A stretch of 63,597 nt of DNA, filler included, from Sanchytrium tribonematis (lineage: Eukaryota), in the NCBI GenBank assembly GCA_018985235.1. It is 15 parts of 15 records of this genome, joined end to end, with 100 filler letters (N's around TTAATTAATTAA, not from the genome) between each part and the next. Parts side by side here need not be neighbours in the genome. Positions count along the whole stretch, not along the records: positions 46,274 to 62,371 come from JADGIG010000139.1; 14 more parts are not named here. One strand, given 5' to 3'. Position 1 is the first letter of the stretch, and the number at the start of each line of letters is the position of its first letter. The translations under genes and the position numbers were made by a program. Of this stretch, positions 47,121 to 58,484 are shown piece by piece. The notes below the pieces were generated by a model, which did no database searches, was not told the DNA's origin, and was given only the letters and a program-made list of their open reading frames with translations.

Positions 47121-47835
47121 ATGGTCCATGGAACTTTAGAAGTTTTGGTTGTTGAAGCTAGAAACCTCAAATCTAGTTTATTAGACAAGGCAGATCCATA
47201 TGCTATCGTAAAGGTGGGAAGTGTTAAAAAGCGAACAAAGACGAAAAACGACGCTGGTAAAAACGTCAATTGGTCTGAAAAATTCGAAATTGATATTATC
47301 GATGGGATGAATGAAATGTACGTCGAAGTTTGGGACGATGATACGGTAAATGAATCTTATTAAGGTGAAAGATGACAAAAGAGGATATTGCACAGTTGAT
47401 TTGATGAAAGTTTACAACTCTGGAACTGATGATGGTTGGCATTCTTTGATTTTAAATGGAAAGCAACACGGTGAAATTCACCTAGTGTTATATTTCAAGC
47501 CGAGACCAGGTATGGGTCAGCCAGGTCCTCCACAGCAGGGTTATGCCCCTCAACAAGGGTATTATCAGGGTCAGCCCCCTCAAGGGTACTACCAACAACC
47601 TCCTCCTCAAGGATATTATCAGCAGGGTCCACCGCAGGGATATTATCAACAAGGACCTCCTCCACAGGGTTACTATCAACAGGGTCCGCCTCCACAGGGA
47701 TATTATCAACAAGGTCCACCGGGTCCAAACCCAGGTCCCTACAATCAAGGACCACCTGGTCAGGGTCCTACACCTTATCAACAAGGTCCTCCTCCAAGCC
47801 ATGGGAATCAGTACCCAGGTAATTATGGTCGATAA
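47121..47835 (+). CDS. C2-domain protein with Pro/Gln/Gly/Tyr repeat tail, 2 exons
   Basis: [26 protein letters not shown] after removing intron 47346-47364. Confidence 0.92.
47346..47364 (+). other. 19-nt spliceosomal intron (AAG acceptor)
   Basis: gtaaatgaatcttattaag. Confidence 0.9.
47530..47795 (+). repeat. Coding tandem repeat (PPQGYYQQG units, 27-30 nt)
   Basis: Five near-identical units plus degenerate flanks. Confidence 0.9.
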
Positions 47836-47865
47836 ATAAATGATAAAATTTATGCAATTCCCCTC

Positions 47866-48567
47866 ATGACTGTGGATGAGAAATTGCATTTTCAAAAGCG
47901 AGTTAGTGCTCTACTTTCTCGAGATTGCGAATCTTCGGAAGCAAGATTAAAGAGAAATTATGATTTTAAATATTTAATAGAGAATTCTCAAAAAGCGTGG
48001 ATTTTAGAACGTAATTATGATCTGGTTCTTTTGCATGAAGCATCTTCTGCATATGCAATCAGGATATCAGAGAATCTGGCAGAATTTATTTCCGGGTTGG
48101 AACTTATCGATTGCATTTGCGATAAATGCTATGAATTTCCTAAGTCAATGGAAGACCGATACTACGTCGAATTTGAAAAGTCTCTGTTTGAAATTATTAA
48201 ATTTGTCGAATTCTCTGAAGATTGGGCCGTTAGAGCCAAGTTATTACTTGAACTATCAAAGCGTTTACGATCATTTAAAACGTTTGCAATTCCTCTTTTG
48301 CCAAACTTGATGGAAATGATCAAAATATTTGGAAATCCTATTAACAAGAATATGAGCCAATGTTGCTCCGGCTTTTTGGAAATTCTTGCAATCTATGAAC
48401 CGTGGCTAGAATTATTTAACAGGCATCTTCATATTTTAATACCAATTTTATCTGATTTACTTAATTACGGGTTGATCTCTAAAAAAGACTACTTTAAATA
48501 TCAATACTTGAGCAATTTTGAATTTGTCCATTCAAAAATCTTACTTGTATACCCGTCTTTAAAATAA
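47866..48567 (+). CDS. Uncharacterised helical protein
   Basis: 233 aa ORF filling the intergenic space. Confidence 0.6.
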   Translation: MTVDEKLHFQKRVSALLSRDCESSEARLKRNYDFKYLIENSQKAWILERNYDLVLLHEASSAYAIRISENLAEFISGLELIDCICDKCYEFPKSMEDRYYVEFEKSLFEIIKFVEFSEDWAVRAKLLLELSKRLRSFKTFAIPLLPNLMEMIKIFGNPINKNMSQCCSGFLEILAIYEPWLELFNRHLHILIPILSDLLNYGLISKKDYFKYQYLSNFEFVHSKILLVYPSLK

Positions 48568-48593
48568 ATAATTTTTGCAACTTACTCCTATTG

Positions 48594-50697
48594 ATGACAA
48601 CTGCTTTATCCATCACAGACCAAAATACATTCAGAAACTGTCTTAAATTGTTTGATAATGGAAACCACAAAAAAGGTTTAAAAACGACTGAGCAATTACT
48701 TGAAAAGTACCCAGGCCATTCAGAAATAACATGTACAAGAGGACTCTTTTTAATTTATTTGGAAAGACTGGACGAAGGTCTTAAATGTATCAAAGAAGGA
48801 TTAATGAAGAATTTAAAATCCAGCACAAATTGGCATATCTATGGTATTTATTACAAAGTAACTCGAAACTTTGACGAAGCGTGCAAGTGCTATATCAAGG
48901 CAAGTAATTTGGATGAAAATAATGCCGGGATTCGAAGAGATTTGTGTGTATTGTTAGGGTATACTAGAATGTACGAGCAGTTGATAGATCAATTGTCTAT
49001 TCTTTTGAGCCAACAGCCAACTAAGATGGTTTGGGTGCAATTAAGCACCGCTTATTTCATGATGAGAAAATACGAAGATGCTCTCACTGTGTTGGAACAG
49101 TATGAACTTACAATGCCGGAAAAAGACCAAGACTATTCTAATTTTGTTCTTTTCAAAGCCAGAATATACTTTAAGACTGGGGCTTATGCAATCGCAATTA
49201 AATTTCTAAACAAAAATGAGCAGCATGTCACAGACTCATTAGCTTTATTGGAACTCCGGGCTTTTCTCACGTTAAAAAGTCAAAAATATGAACAAAGTCT
49301 CAGCATGTTTAAGGAGCTTTTGCAATTTAATGATGAGGATTTGAAATTTGTAAACGGATACCTTCTTTCTTCTCTTAAAATTCAAAAATACTCGAACAAT
49401 ATGGAAGATCAATGGAAAGTTGCTCTTAAATCTCTCAAAGAAGAACATAATTCATTCTGCATTAGATTTACATATGTTGACACACTTTCCGGCTCAGCAA
49501 GAGAAAAAGAAATCAGATCATTTATGGATAAAATTTATCAAAAAGGTTCGCCAGCTTTCTTCAAAGTCATTAAACATATTTATTCCCAAAACGAAGAATA
49601 TTATAATAGCCTAGTTGATGATCTGGGCTCTTCTTACGAAAACGTGGATGATTTTAAGTACTACTGGTATTTGTATTCTAAGTATTCACAGTATAACTGT
49701 ATAAAAAACGATACAGAGTGCGAAAAGTATTTTGATAAAATGAGGATGTCCAAACATTATCCCCAATTATCCAAGGTAGACAAAATTGATTTCATAGTGA
49801 TTAATTCGAAAATCTTGAAACGTCAAGAGAAATTTTTGGAAGCAGCACATGTTTTGACCGAAGCTCAAGCCCTAGATACTGGTGATAGATCTTTAAATGT
49901 TAGGAAAGCAAAATATTTAATTAGAGGGAAGAATCTCAAGGAGGCAATTCTGGAAATGCAAATGTTCTTACGAACTGAACCTAACAAAGATTTTATAAAA
50001 GATTTAATAGCTGTGCAATGCATTTGGTTTATTTTTGAATTGCTTAAATATTTCAAGAATACTAATGTTTATTTCAAATTGGTAAAAATTATGCTTGGCT
50101 ACGTCGATGACATGATTGCGGATGATGCTGATTTTCAATCTTTTTGTGGTCGCCGTTCTGTTTTTGAACCATTTTTCGACTACGTTTCGTGGATGAATAC
50201 AAGTATGGAGCATAGGCTAACTCTAAAAGTTTTCCTATATCTTGCAGATACAATTCAGACAAATTCAACCTCAGAAAAACTACCGGACGACGAAATATTG
50301 AAAGAAATTTTCGGTGAATCTGATAATGACCTTCATGGCGAGCAAGAAGCCAAAAAAGTCAAAAAGGAAAAGTTACTCCTCAAACTAGCCAATTTGCTTA
50401 TTAACTTTAAAGACAAAAATGCGCGTTATTGTGCTTTTTCGATATTTTATACAAATGGTAGAATTTATTTATCTAGATCAATTGAAAGAGTGTGCTACGA
50501 TAGCAAAGGCGGAAAATTTGGAGATACTAAAACATCTTGTAATACTTAAAAAGAATACGACCACTGACCGAAATTTACTGGCACAGATTGATGCATTTGA
50601 AAAATCAATCACAAAACCGCCGCAATTAAAACATGAAAATATGTATATCAAGAAATGTTTTTCATTAGAAGCCAGTATGAATAAACTGCAAGTCTAA
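48594..50697 (+). CDS. NAA15: NatA auxiliary subunit Nat1/Naa15, 2 exons
   Basis: KKGLK...YPGHSE, WHIYGI, RDL, LDTGDRSLN, QCIWF; intron 50458-50476. Confidence 0.9.
50458..50476 (+). other. 19-nt spliceosomal intron
   Basis: gtagaatttatttatctag; joins the two overlapping ORFs. Confidence 0.85.
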
Positions 50698-50703
50698 CAT
50701 CGA

Positions 50704-52011
50704 TCATATATTTAAAGATCTTATGTCCTCCAACTCAGCAATTTTATAGGGTTTCCCCTGTAATTTTGAATGTCGCTCTTCAAAGATCTCTGCCAGTGAC
50801 CATTGATCGGTGTTAATGTAATCAAGAGAATTCAGGAAAGTTTCTCTTTCTTGATTCAGAATTTTGAAATTCAATACAGATTCCGAGGTGCACATCAATT
50901 TGGCTATGTACTTTGACTCGTTCAAGGAGTCAGCAATAACACCTTTTCCATTTGATCGGCACCATCCGCAACTGAATACCCGGCCCTCGTCATCCAAGGG
51001 TTGGCCAATTTTTGAGTTTAAACTGCCAATTTCGTAGACTTGGCTTGAACTAGAGCCCACGGCACTAATTACAGTGTCAAATTTTGCAAAGACAGTCTCA
51101 TTTTTGGAATGAAACGTAAATTTTTTTGCGTCATCAGTAAGAAATTTTTGTTTTCGAAATTCAACAAAAGCTTGTCCGCTTTTTTGAGTACGTGTTGGTT
51201 CAAGTAAAAATTTGAAATGTAGTCTTTTCATTGTATCTACTTCTGACGGAGGATTAGTCTGTCTAAGCTGTATTTTTTCGAAAATTTCATAGACCCTTTT
51301 CGATTTTCTGTCGCAAGAATTTGCAAACGGTTTGACGTCTCTCATTATACCGTGATTAATAGATATGTTAAGAGGCTTATAGAGGAAAGGTCTCAATTCA
51401 AGAGCTGTAAAACTAGTATGTAGTGGAGTTTTTCTGCCATAAATTGTGACACTATCAACCTCCGCAGCCTTTAGTGTTTTCAAAGCTAGCTCATTGATAT
51501 CAGTTTTTTCTAGTGTTTCCGGGAATAAAAGGATCCTTGCTATATCTAAAGCAACATTTCCGTTCCCAATGATGGCTACATCTTTTCCAATGTTGAATTT
51601 TTTCTTGTAAAACTCCGGATGTTTGTTGTACCATTTGGTGAATTCAACAGAGTTGATCAGGGACTCTTCGCCTGGAATTCCTAGCTTGCGTGGTTCGTTT
51701 GCTCCAGTCGTTAATATTATACCGTTGTAATATTGCTTCAACCTATCCAAACCAATCGCTTTACCAATTTTCGTGTTCCCAAAAAATCTGACATTATCAG
51801 ATTTCAATATCTTTTTAAATTCATGGATGCAATTTTTTACTGCTTGCTGGTCAGGTGCAACTCCATATCGTGCTAATCCATATGGAATAAAATTAGAATC
51901 AAATATATCCACTCTGAAATTTTTATTCGTCAGCAATTGCTGAGCAGCGTAGAAACCAGAAGGTCCAGCTCCAATAATCGCAAAATGGGTAAATTTTTTC
52001 AAAGCCGACAT
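50704..52011 (-). CDS. ARH1: NADPH:adrenodoxin/ferredoxin reductase
   Basis: IIGAGPSGFYAA, PYGLARYGVAPD, IIGNGNVALDIARIL. Confidence 0.93.
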   Translation of the reverse strand: MSALKKFTHFAIIGAGPSGFYAAQQLLTNKNFRVDIFDSNFIPYGLARYGVAPDQQAVKNCIHEFKKILKSDNVRFFGNTKIGKAIGLDRLKQYYNGIILTTGANEPRKLGIPGEESLINSVEFTKWYNKHPEFYKKKFNIGKDVAIIGNGNVALDIARILLFPETLEKTDINELALKTLKAAEVDSVTIYGRKTPLHTSFTALELRPFLYKPLNISINHGIMRDVKPFANSCDRKSKRVYEIFEKIQLRQTNPPSEVDTMKRLHFKFLLEPTRTQKSGQAFVEFRKQKFLTDDAKKFTFHSKNETVFAKFDTVISAVGSSSSQVYEIGSLNSKIGQPLDDEGRVFSCGWCRSNGKGVIADSLNESKYIAKLMCTSESVLNFKILNQERETFLNSLDYINTDQWSLAEIFEERHSKLQGKPYKIAELEDIRSLNI

Positions 52012-52032
52012 TTCAAGACTCTCCTTGTTACT

Positions 52033-52491
52033 ATGTACAAACACAGAGTTTGGAAAATATTTAATGCTGAAAATGAAATATTGGGAAGGTTTGCCACCAG
52101 GTTATCACTTGCACTACAAGGCAAAGGCAAGCCGTACTATTCTCATCAAGAAGATTTTGGAGATTATGTGGTTGTCATCAACGCGAATAAAATAAAAGTG
52201 ACTGGAAGGAAAGAGGATCAAAAAGTTTACTATAGGCACACAATGTGGCCAGGTGGGTTAAAAGAAACCAAATATAAAGACACACCCAAAACCAGTGTAG
52301 TTCAAATGGCGGTTAGAAGAATGTTGCCCAAAAATAATTTAAGAAATGGAAGAATGAATAGGCTTTTTGTCTTTGAAAACGATAACCACCCTTATGATGG
52401 TAACATATTGAAATACAATAATGATGTTCTTGATGAATTAAATACACAACAAATCAATTATGTTAGAAATTTTCTTGGAGCTTCAAAGTAA
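52033..52491 (+). CDS. MRPL13: Mitochondrial ribosomal protein uL13m
   Basis: LGRFAT...GKGKP, DFGDYVVVINA, YYRHTMWPGGLK, AVRRMLPKN. Confidence 0.93.
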   Translation: MYKHRVWKIFNAENEILGRFATRLSLALQGKGKPYYSHQEDFGDYVVVINANKIKVTGRKEDQKVYYRHTMWPGGLKETKYKDTPKTSVVQMAVRRMLPKNNLRNGRMNRLFVFENDNHPYDGNILKYNNDVLDELNTQQINYVRNFLGASK

Positions 52492-52493
52492 AA

Positions 52494-53378
52494 TTATGGT
52501 TTTTCGGCATTTTCCAACATTATACTTTTTTTATACCAAGATTTGGCCACAGCTTTGGATTTGATTACTCCCCCTAAGCCATAACCATAGATCCATGCAA
52601 TTTTTTGCATGCTTTTAGGTTCTCCATAATTTGCTGCCTTTTGGTACCAAAATAAGGCAAATTTCATATTTTGGTTTAAAGGACCTCGAAAGTACATATT
52701 TCCGATTTGATAGTAAGCTTCGGGATCATGAGATTTGGCATGTCTCCAGTACCTCGCACTTCTTGGAGTCTTATCTATTCCTAATCCATTTAAAAGGATT
52801 GAAGCTATTTTGTCAAAAGAAGGTGCGAAGTTGCATACTGCACAATATTCAAAATACTTAAGCGCGCACACATAGTTTCCTTCCGCAAACTTATTCTCAG
52901 CTGCGGCAAACAATGAATTAATGTAATTATGCGGCAAATATTGTAGATACTTTTTATATTTTTTACATGTTTGCAAATACAGCGTTTTGTTTGGTATTTT
53001 TAAGAAGTCATTCGAATGCCGGTATTGAAACTGTAATAATTTGGTGGAGAATGAATTTAATTTTTGAGAAATATATGACAGATCAACCATATTTTCCTCA
53101 ATATTCCAAATCAACTGAGGATTTGAATCTGCTTTAATTAAACTTAACTCAAGAGTGCTTCTCTTGATTGATTTTAAATTTTGCTCCAAATTTTCGTAAA
53201 TCTTACTCAACCTTGCAATTTCCATGGAAAGTTGCTTATTTTTATTCTTTTCGGTTGATAAAGCATAGCTTAGCTTTGAGTTATCATTCTGATGTTTTAG
53301 CAAAAGAGATGAAAGCTTGTTTCTCATAGAATCTATTTCGTACTCTTTGCTTTTAAGAATTGGATTTTTATTCCACAT
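52494..53378 (-). CDS. Coiled-coil + Sel1-repeat protein
   Basis: AYYQIGNMY...ALFWYQKAANYG...AKSWYKKS. Confidence 0.8.
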   Translation of the reverse strand: MWNKNPILKSKEYEIDSMRNKLSSLLLKHQNDNSKLSYALSTEKNKNKQLSMEIARLSKIYENLEQNLKSIKRSTLELSLIKADSNPQLIWNIEENMVDLSYISQKLNSFSTKLLQFQYRHSNDFLKIPNKTLYLQTCKKYKKYLQYLPHNYINSLFAAAENKFAEGNYVCALKYFEYCAVCNFAPSFDKIASILLNGLGIDKTPRSARYWRHAKSHDPEAYYQIGNMYFRGPLNQNMKFALFWYQKAANYGEPKSMQKIAWIYGYGLGGVIKSKAVAKSWYKKSIMLENAEKP

Positions 53379-53452
53379 GAATCTTAAAAATCAAACTCAC
53401 GACGTCACTTTCACCAAACCAGTCAAGCAAAGAGGCAAAACTAATTCGCTAT

Positions 53453-54712
53453 TTATTCAATTTCAGGAAAGATATCTTGAGAGCATATGTTCAAAATATC
53501 ATTACCAGGGTGGTCCACAGAAAATGGTTTCAGTCTCCAAAATTTTAAAATTGTGGATAACAACTTTGGATCGGATTTGTCCAAATCTGTGCTGAGCGGC
53601 ACATTCCAAGACGTAATAAACTCAACAACTTTGCTCTTTAATTCAGATTCTGCATCTTTGAAGATGCTTTTCTCAGGTATAAAATTACACTCATACTTTT
53701 GGAAATGTAATGTTTTTTCAACCAAAAATTTGTAGTCAGGGTGCTCATTAGCCTCAGGTATTTTAGGTTTCATTTCGACTTCCAAGAACTTGTCAAAATT
53801 AAGTCCAGCGAGTGAAAGCACTGAATCGCGCTTCTCTAGCAGGGACTTGATTTCTTTTTCAACGTCACCTTGAACAGTCTCATCGTCGTCTTTTCTTTTT
53901 CTTCTATTTTTTACTTTCTTAGAGTATAGTTGCTCGATTTCTCGGTTTATATCAGCAAGCACTAAATTATATTGATCGAAAGCTAGCATCAATTTAGCTT
54001 TCTTATGTAGAACCGATTTCCTCCAATAATTAATCATTTCTTGGAGTCTTAGGTGCCTTTGCAAATACTTTATACCCATTGAGAGTTCATCATGTGCGGT
54101 TCGCTCTGTTTCAATAAGTTCAAGATAATTTAACTGACTCATTAGTCTATGTCTAAGGCTTTCGCAGTTTTCTTTTACGAATGGATCGATTTGTTTTAGT
54201 TCGATGGCTGTGCTCTCTGGCAAATCTTCCATAATTATTGGATCTGTTATGATTGAAGAAACTAACCGATGAAGGAGCGGGTCTGTAGTCTCCGCATTTA
54301 CCTCTACATAAGGAGCAGGATCATTATTAATTTGTACTAGTTGTTTCAAATCATCCTCTGTGAGTGCTCGAAAATAAGGTTCCATTACCATCCAGAAATT
54401 CGTTATCGGTAATTGGTTAGTTGGTTTGGGACTAAGAAAGGTACCTCCCAATAATTCTTCTTGCTCCTCTGCTCCTATCAATTTAAGCCAAATTCTTTCG
54501 CTAATGGTATCAGTTGGATGTTTAATTACTGTCGTGCTTAATTGGCCCAATGTTTTGGGATCCTTATAATCTTCAAACTTACCGCCAGCTTTCTTTTTTG
54601 ACATTTCTTTTGGGAGACTATCAATATAAGTAACAATTTGAGTTTGGAGCTTTTTTAAATGTCTAAGTTTTCGAGATTTAGATATGTCGTTGAAAGAGAG
54701 TTCATTTAACAT
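53453..54712 (-). CDS. Ada3/Ngg1 (SAGA HAT module)-like protein
   Basis: KPTNQLPITNFW..MEPYFRALTEDDL, LHRLVSS, DELS...LQ. Confidence 0.8.
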   Translation of the reverse strand: MLNELSFNDISKSRKLRHLKKLQTQIVTYIDSLPKEMSKKKAGGKFEDYKDPKTLGQLSTTVIKHPTDTISERIWLKLIGAEEQEELLGGTFLSPKPTNQLPITNFWMVMEPYFRALTEDDLKQLVQINNDPAPYVEVNAETTDPLLHRLVSSIITDPIIMEDLPESTAIELKQIDPFVKENCESLRHRLMSQLNYLELIETERTAHDELSMGIKYLQRHLRLQEMINYWRKSVLHKKAKLMLAFDQYNLVLADINREIEQLYSKKVKNRRKRKDDDETVQGDVEKEIKSLLEKRDSVLSLAGLNFDKFLEVEMKPKIPEANEHPDYKFLVEKTLHFQKYECNFIPEKSIFKDAESELKSKVVEFITSWNVPLSTDLDKSDPKLLSTILKFWRLKPFSVDHPGNDILNICSQDIFPEIE

Positions 54713-54772
54713 GGAGAAAAAAATTGCTTCAAAATTTATACATTTTATGTTTATTTTACATAACTGATTTAT

Positions 54773-55012
54773 TTAGGCAAAAGGAACTCTGTAGTAGGTG
54801 GAAGAGTTAGTTTTTATCATTTCCAAAGTTGTCTGATTCGTAATTAAAAGAAATTTTAAGTCAATTTCTACCGTATCAGAAGATATCGCCTTTAAGTAAG
54901 ATATTGGATGGTTCATAATCAAATGCCGTTTTGCTCTGCGGCTTATCAGTGCCTTCCTTAAATCAGAGTGATGCTCGTCCACTTCAAGCTTTTCTATAAT
55001 TTTTGAGAGCAT
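54773..55012 (-). CDS. Small hypothetical protein
   Basis: 79 aa ORF in gene-dense context. Confidence 0.35.
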   Translation of the reverse strand: MLSKIIEKLEVDEHHSDLRKALISRRAKRHLIMNHPISYLKAISSDTVEIDLKFLLITNQTTLEMIKTNSSTYYRVPFA

Positions 55013-55099
55013 AATTTACAGCATAGAACAGCTACATTTAAAAGTTTTGGCGTCCATCAAATTATACCAATCCCAGCATGTGCAAGGATCGTCAATCAT

Positions 55100-55228
55100 T
55101 CATCGTTGTTGACAGGCTATTACGATGGCAGCGTACAGCAAACAGTGTACAAGCAGTGTTCGTTTTAAAAACTGCTCTTCTTCGTCACTTCTGAACGCCT
55201 TGAAAACTTTACTGAAGTCTGGTAGCAT
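55100..55228 (-). CDS. Candidate 42-aa single-TM microprotein
   Basis: MLPDFSKVFKAFRSDEEEQFLKRTLLVHCLLYAAIVIACQQR; CCC motif upstream of ATG. Confidence 0.35.
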   Translation of the reverse strand: MLPDFSKVFKAFRSDEEEQFLKRTLLVHCLLYAAIVIACQQR

Positions 55229-55261
55229 AATTTGTTTTGAGGGAATTTGATACAATTGGAG

Positions 55262-56323
55262 ATGAACTCCGAAATCCCCAATATAGATCAGCTGTGGAAA
55301 GAAACAAGAATGCTTTTCGATTCTGACCTTCCTTCAAAACCCTATAAGTTCAATCAAAAGATTTCGCCTTCAAGGAATTTTCCAAGCGATGCAATTGATC
55401 CTATGGAGATTGACAATACTTTTGATTCTAAATTAATTCGTTTACAAAAAGTTATAGTAGGTCATGATGGCTGGGTTAGATCAGTATGCTTTGATCCATT
55501 TCGGAAATTTTTTGTAAGTGGGTCAGTCGACAAGCTGGTCAAAATTTGGGATGTTCAAGGCCATTTAAAATTAACCCTTACAGGCCATCTCGCAAGCATA
55601 AGGGATCTGAAAATGTCAAAACAGCATCCCTACTTATATTCTGCATCTGAGGACAAGACTGTTCGATGTTGGGACCTGACAACCAATCGAGCCATTCGAA
55701 AATATCACGGTCATTTGCACGGAATTTATTGTATGGCTCTAGATGAAACCGGTGAGTGGTTCGTGTCTGGTGGAAGAGACGCTGTGTGCAGGATTTTTGA
55801 CTGTAGAACAAGAAAGCAAGAACTGGTGTTAACCGGACACGAAAAAACTGTCTCTTCAGTTCTAATTAAAGATAATTACATTATCACAGGAGGAATGGAT
55901 TCGACCATTAGAATTTACGACAAGAGAAATGGGGATATGGTGAAAGGATTAACTACACATTCAAAAGGTGTGCGGTCTATGTGCCATCATCCAACACTGA
56001 ATTGTTTCTTCAGTGCTTCTGCTGATTCCATAAAATCTTGGAAATACTCAGACTTCTCATTATTTTGTGACTTTGAAGATTTTGATAAAAGTATTGTAAA
56101 CAGTCTGTGCTGCAACGAAAACTACCTCGTTGCAGGAAATGACGCTGGTAAATTGCAAATATTCGATACTAAAATAATGAAAAAATGTCAGGAAATCCAA
56201 TCATTACCTCAGCCAGGATCTTTAGAAAGTGAGTCATCAATATTGGCTTGTCAATTTGACCACGAAAAACTATATACCGGCGAAATGGATAAAACTATCA
56301 AAATATGGGATTTTGTGAAATAA
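55262..56323 (+). CDS. PRP46: Prp46/PLRG1 spliceosomal WD40 protein
   Basis: GHDGWVRSV, LKLTLTGH, HPYLYS, IRKYHGHL, QPGSLESE, DKTIKIW. Confidence 0.92.
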   Translation: MNSEIPNIDQLWKETRMLFDSDLPSKPYKFNQKISPSRNFPSDAIDPMEIDNTFDSKLIRLQKVIVGHDGWVRSVCFDPFRKFFVSGSVDKLVKIWDVQGHLKLTLTGHLASIRDLKMSKQHPYLYSASEDKTVRCWDLTTNRAIRKYHGHLHGIYCMALDETGEWFVSGGRDAVCRIFDCRTRKQELVLTGHEKTVSSVLIKDNYIITGGMDSTIRIYDKRNGDMVKGLTTHSKGVRSMCHHPTLNCFFSASADSIKSWKYSDFSLFCDFEDFDKSIVNSLCCNENYLVAGNDAGKLQIFDTKIMKKCQEIQSLPQPGSLESESSILACQFDHEKLYTGEMDKTIKIWDFVK

Positions 56324-56341
56324 ATTTTTCCGCGTTTTGAA

Positions 56342-57385
56342 ATGTTGAGCAAAAGATATTCAAGTGAACTCATTGCACACAAAAATCGGCTGATACTGAA
56401 GCAAGGGAATGCAAGTAGATCTTCAGTCTCGGGACATGTAGCAACTGTTTTTGGTTGTAGTGGTTTCTTAGGTAGATATTTAGTAAATCGTCTAGGCCAA
56501 AAAGGAACTCAAGTAGTCGTGCCATATAGAGGAGATTCAGAAAGAATAAGACATTTGAAACCTCTTGGTGATTTGGGTCAGATCGTCCCAATGCAATTTG
56601 ATCCGAGAAATTTAGCCAACTATGAGCAAGCAATCTCCACTAGTGACACCGTTTACAACCTTATAGGTAAGAACTATCGCACCAAAAACTATTCAATTGA
56701 AGAAGCGAATGTTGAAACTGCTAAAAATATCGCAGAGTTGTGTAAAAAGTATGGAACCAGGCTGGTTCATATCAGTCATATATCTGCAGACAAGGATTCT
56801 AATAGCGAATATCTTCAGATGAAATACGCTTCAGAGAAAGAAGTCCATAGAATATATCCTGATGCTACTATTGTGAGATTATCAACTGTTTTTGGGCACG
56901 AAGACAGATTCATTCGAAGATTTAATTGGATTACAATTAATAAGGTGACTCCATTACCGAATCATGGAAACACTGTTTACAGGCCTGTTAATGTTAGCGA
57001 TGTGGCTACTGGTCTAGGACATTTGTTGACGAAGGAAAATGTTGAAGGAAAATTATATGAATTTTATGGCCCTCGAGCACTTTCATTCTCAAAATGCTTA
57101 GAAATGTTCAATTTGACAACCTACAGGCACCCTTTTGTGCTTAATGCTCCAAAACCATTTCTAAAATTGGTTTCCGAATTTATGGAGCTTGTTCCTTTTC
57201 CTTTGATGTCTCTTGACGAAGTTGAGAGACTCTACATTGACGAAACGCCCGTTGATGAGAACATCTTACAAAATTTGCTTGATACTCCTTTAAAAGATCT
57301 TGAATTATCCATGGTCGAATTCGCTCGAAGATACAGATTGCATGATGTATACGGAAATGTTGCACCGGAACAAATAAGAAAATAA
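56342..57385 (+). CDS. NDUFA9: Complex I 39/40 kDa subunit
   Basis: RSSVSGHVATVFGCSGFLGRY, HLKPLGDLGQ, FGHEDRF. Confidence 0.95.
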   Translation: MLSKRYSSELIAHKNRLILKQGNASRSSVSGHVATVFGCSGFLGRYLVNRLGQKGTQVVVPYRGDSERIRHLKPLGDLGQIVPMQFDPRNLANYEQAISTSDTVYNLIGKNYRTKNYSIEEANVETAKNIAELCKKYGTRLVHISHISADKDSNSEYLQMKYASEKEVHRIYPDATIVRLSTVFGHEDRFIRRFNWITINKVTPLPNHGNTVYRPVNVSDVATGLGHLLTKENVEGKLYEFYGPRALSFSKCLEMFNLTTYRHPFVLNAPKPFLKLVSEFMELVPFPLMSLDEVERLYIDETPVDENILQNLLDTPLKDLELSMVEFARRYRLHDVYGNVAPEQIRK

Positions 57386-57431
57386 ATTCAATAATCAATA
57401 ATTCCTGGTTTATTGAGGTTTTCTTCAGACT

Positions 57432-58460
57432 CTAAAAAATCGGGACATAATTTGAAATGCGCTCTTTTTGTTGCTGTTGAACACATTCACATATCCAGAT
57501 AATATTCCTAATTTCTTGCTCTCTTAATTTTAAAAATGCATAGAAAATTCCCAAGTGACCCTGTTGCATGAAAGAATTCTTATTCAAGTAGACTTCTTTT
57601 TCAAAAAACTTGTCTTCAAGTGACTTTTCGGTAGTCGTAGTCTCAAGAACGCTGGAATATTGTCCATAACGTCCAATGATTTGTTTCACATTTTCTTGAT
57701 CATTGGCTTGACTCAAAAGGTATACACCTTCTGGATATAGATGACCACAGGTGGGATATAAATTAGCTCGATCCTCCTTTGAAAGATCCACCCCAATTGA
57801 GTTGATGGTAATATTTATAACTCTTCGATCTGCTTCGAACTTTAAAATCTCAGTCATAACCTCTTCGGTAGTACCACCGATTTCTTGAATAAATCTAAAA
57901 TAATCTTCTAGATACAATTTGAACATAGAGTTACGAATAATCTCTATATTTGTTTCGTCCAAATCTCCAGCATCCATGTCAACTAAGTAGGGTGCAAGCG
58001 GTGATTCTGACAACAAGGCTCGTAATTCCGTGGTATCACTAGCAACACAAAGTGCAGGTAGCACATCAAAGTACCCCAAGGGATGAGCTCTTCGCATTAA
58101 TTCATCTGTATCTCTTTCATGTAATGTTCCACTAAGAATTAAAACAACGTTGTCCATCATATATTCAATACGAATAAATTGCAAAAACTTCTCTAACACA
58201 GGCGACGCATTTGCTCGAAGGTAGTTGAAATCAGAAACTAATTTCTCATTGAGCTTGGCAGCGATTAAAGTGGTGCTTAATGGAGGTGGCTCATTTTGCA
58301 AAAAGTTGCCATAATCAGTTGCTGCCAGCTGCATTTTTACATCTTCAAGAGTCTCACATTGACAGAGGTTGCTATACATTGCAGTGCTTAATAAACCTGA
58401 TCGATAGCCTCTAACTATTCCATCCAAATATGAATCTGAAAAATACATAACATCAAGCAT
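57432..58460 (-). CDS. VMA6: V-ATPase V0 subunit d
   Basis: YLDGIVRGYRSGLL, FEADRR, KLREQEIRNIIWICEC. Confidence 0.97.
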   Translation of the reverse strand: MLDVMYFSDSYLDGIVRGYRSGLLSTAMYSNLCQCETLEDVKMQLAATDYGNFLQNEPPPLSTTLIAAKLNEKLVSDFNYLRANASPVLEKFLQFIRIEYMMDNVVLILSGTLHERDTDELMRRAHPLGYFDVLPALCVASDTTELRALLSESPLAPYLVDMDAGDLDETNIEIIRNSMFKLYLEDYFRFIQEIGGTTEEVMTEILKFEADRRVINITINSIGVDLSKEDRANLYPTCGHLYPEGVYLLSQANDQENVKQIIGRYGQYSSVLETTTTEKSLEDKFFEKEVYLNKNSFMQQGHLGIFYAFLKLREQEIRNIIWICECVQQQQKERISNYVPIF

Positions 58461-58484
58461 TTTGTTTCAGTAAAAGCTCCGGCT

